A DNA stretch of 63,625 bases, filler included, from Globobulimina sp. (Eukaryota): the NCBI GenBank assembly GCA_003354225.1. It is 43 parts of 43 records of this genome, joined end to end, with 100 filler letters (N's around TTAATTAATTAA, not from the genome) between each part and the next. Parts side by side here need not be neighbours in the genome. Positions count along the whole stretch, not along the records: positions 62,245 to 63,625 come from PIVH01017611.1; 42 more parts are not named here. One strand, 5' to 3'. Below the pieces are notes generated by a model. The model worked only from the letters and a program-made list of their open reading frames with translations. It had not been told where the DNA came from and did not search any database. Of this stretch, positions 62,371 through 63,625 are shown piece by piece. Both the position numbers and the translations under genes were made by a program. Positions within the stretch are counted from its first letter, which is position 1, and each line of letters opens with the position of its first letter.

Positions 62371-63625
62371 ATGTCGCACCAAATCATGTCAACATCAAAT
62401 CCAAACTATTCAACATCAACAAATTCACGATCAAGATCAAAATCGCATTCCAAATCTAGGTCACGCTCTACTTCTCGATCAAGATCCCGTTCTCGATCAA
62501 GAGAAAACAACAAATCCAAATCAGTTTAGCATTATCCATTTATTGAACTCCTTGCTCCATTTTTTGTGTCCTTTCCATCCCAAATTGATTCCCAATGCAG
62601 TGCCAGGATACTTTGACAAAGAACAGAAACAATGCTTTGTTTGGAGTGTTTGAAATTTCACGAATCGATTAAACGTTGAATTTTTTTGTCTATAACACAG
62701 ATATTACCACTTATAAATCATTGGAACATTATATGGTAAAGTTTAAAGTGTTGATGTGATGGACACAAAACATTGACTAAACATTGTCATCTCTGCTGTA
62801 CCTAATCCATTTTAGCAATTTGGTAAAGATGATAAAGTTGACTGGGTCGAAATGTATTGGATTTTATGTGCATATTTATCATTAATTCGAACATCCAGAT
62901 TAATTTTATCATCTTTTCCCGCAAATTTTAGTCAATGTTTTGATTTTGAGCTGCAAAAAAATCCATATCTCATATAACAATAACAACTGCTAAAACAATC
63001 TAAACACTGTTACACAGAAACGTATTCCAAATGGATCAAAACACAGATATATAGCCAATGACATTGACATTGAGATGAAATGTAAGCTGCATTCAATCAT
63101 TGAAAATGATGGTAACTTATCTGATGTGTCTGGCATATTGGAAAAATCCCCAACCCCAAAAGCCAGCTCTTCGGCCATTAACAACCCAAAACTGGAGAGA
63201 AAAGGCGATTTTATAGTCTCTACCGACTCGTTGGAATCAAGATTTATTTTACAGAACAAAGTGTATGGAGGCACATACGGCGAAGTGTGGAGGGCTTCCG
63301 ATGTGATAACAAATAAGTGCGTGGCACTCAAATTTATCAAAATATCGCATCGAACCTCACACTCTGGATTCCCAAATACTGCATTGAGGGAAATTGGAAT
63401 ATTAAACAAATTGAAGCATGAAAATATCATTGGAATGCATGGTGTTATTTGCTCCTCGAAGAATATTAAAAAAATAGCAATGGTGTTGCAATTCGCTGAA
63501 CATGATTTAAAAACTTTGCTCGATTTAGGGATTGATTACAGCCAATCTGAGGTGAAATGTTTAATGAAACAGTTATTGAATGGATTGGCATATATGCACT
63601 CACATTTTATTATGCATCGAGATGT
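62371..63625 (+). CDS. RS-rich cyclin-dependent kinase (CDK10/11/12-like); exon 62371-62523, probable intron 62524-63017, exon from 63018; runs off the window
   Basis: SRSRSKSHSKSRSRS exon; GGTYGEVWRA, VALK, GFPNTALREI, AEHDLK, SEVKCLMKQLL, MHRD. Confidence 0.85.

Noticed and set aside
62990-63430. 146-aa minus-strand ORF
   Set aside because: Antisense shadow of the plus-strand CDK exon

Overview
This window is not one continuous locus. It is about 43 unrelated contigs of 1381-1383 bp, in decreasing size order, joined by an artificial 100-bp linker (N44-TTAATTAATTAA-N44, stops in all six frames). Gene neighbourhood is therefore meaningless across linkers. Most contigs come from an AT-rich eukaryote with short (~53-84 nt) GT-AG introns, tight head-to-head gene pairs and many decayed paralogs; a foraminiferan/rhizarian-like protist is my inference, not proven. 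Recognisable host genes: divergent kinesin, thiolase, NMNAT-like protein, LRR, prohibitin, PI synthase, TVP15, WDR43, MFS, PI3/4-kinase, TPR, opine dehydrogenase, ZMAT2/Snu23, CLN3, patatin lipase, SDR and an RS-CDK. Mobile DNA: LINE-type APE endonuclease, Penelope RT-GIY-YIG, a very divergent PLE-like RT, Helitron Rep, Pif1 helicase and foldback repeats. Two contigs are prokaryotic (a phage early region and a vapBC operon). Best leads: (1) an opine dehydrogenase whose hidden first exon encodes a consensus peroxisomal PTS2 signal; (2) an intron-containing, signal-peptide-bearing bacterial-type Ord/amine dehydrogenase; (3) a divergent RT separated from an upstream in-frame ORF by a single TGA; (4) a kinesin with rewritten switch and microtubule-binding motifs; (5) unusual domain fusions.
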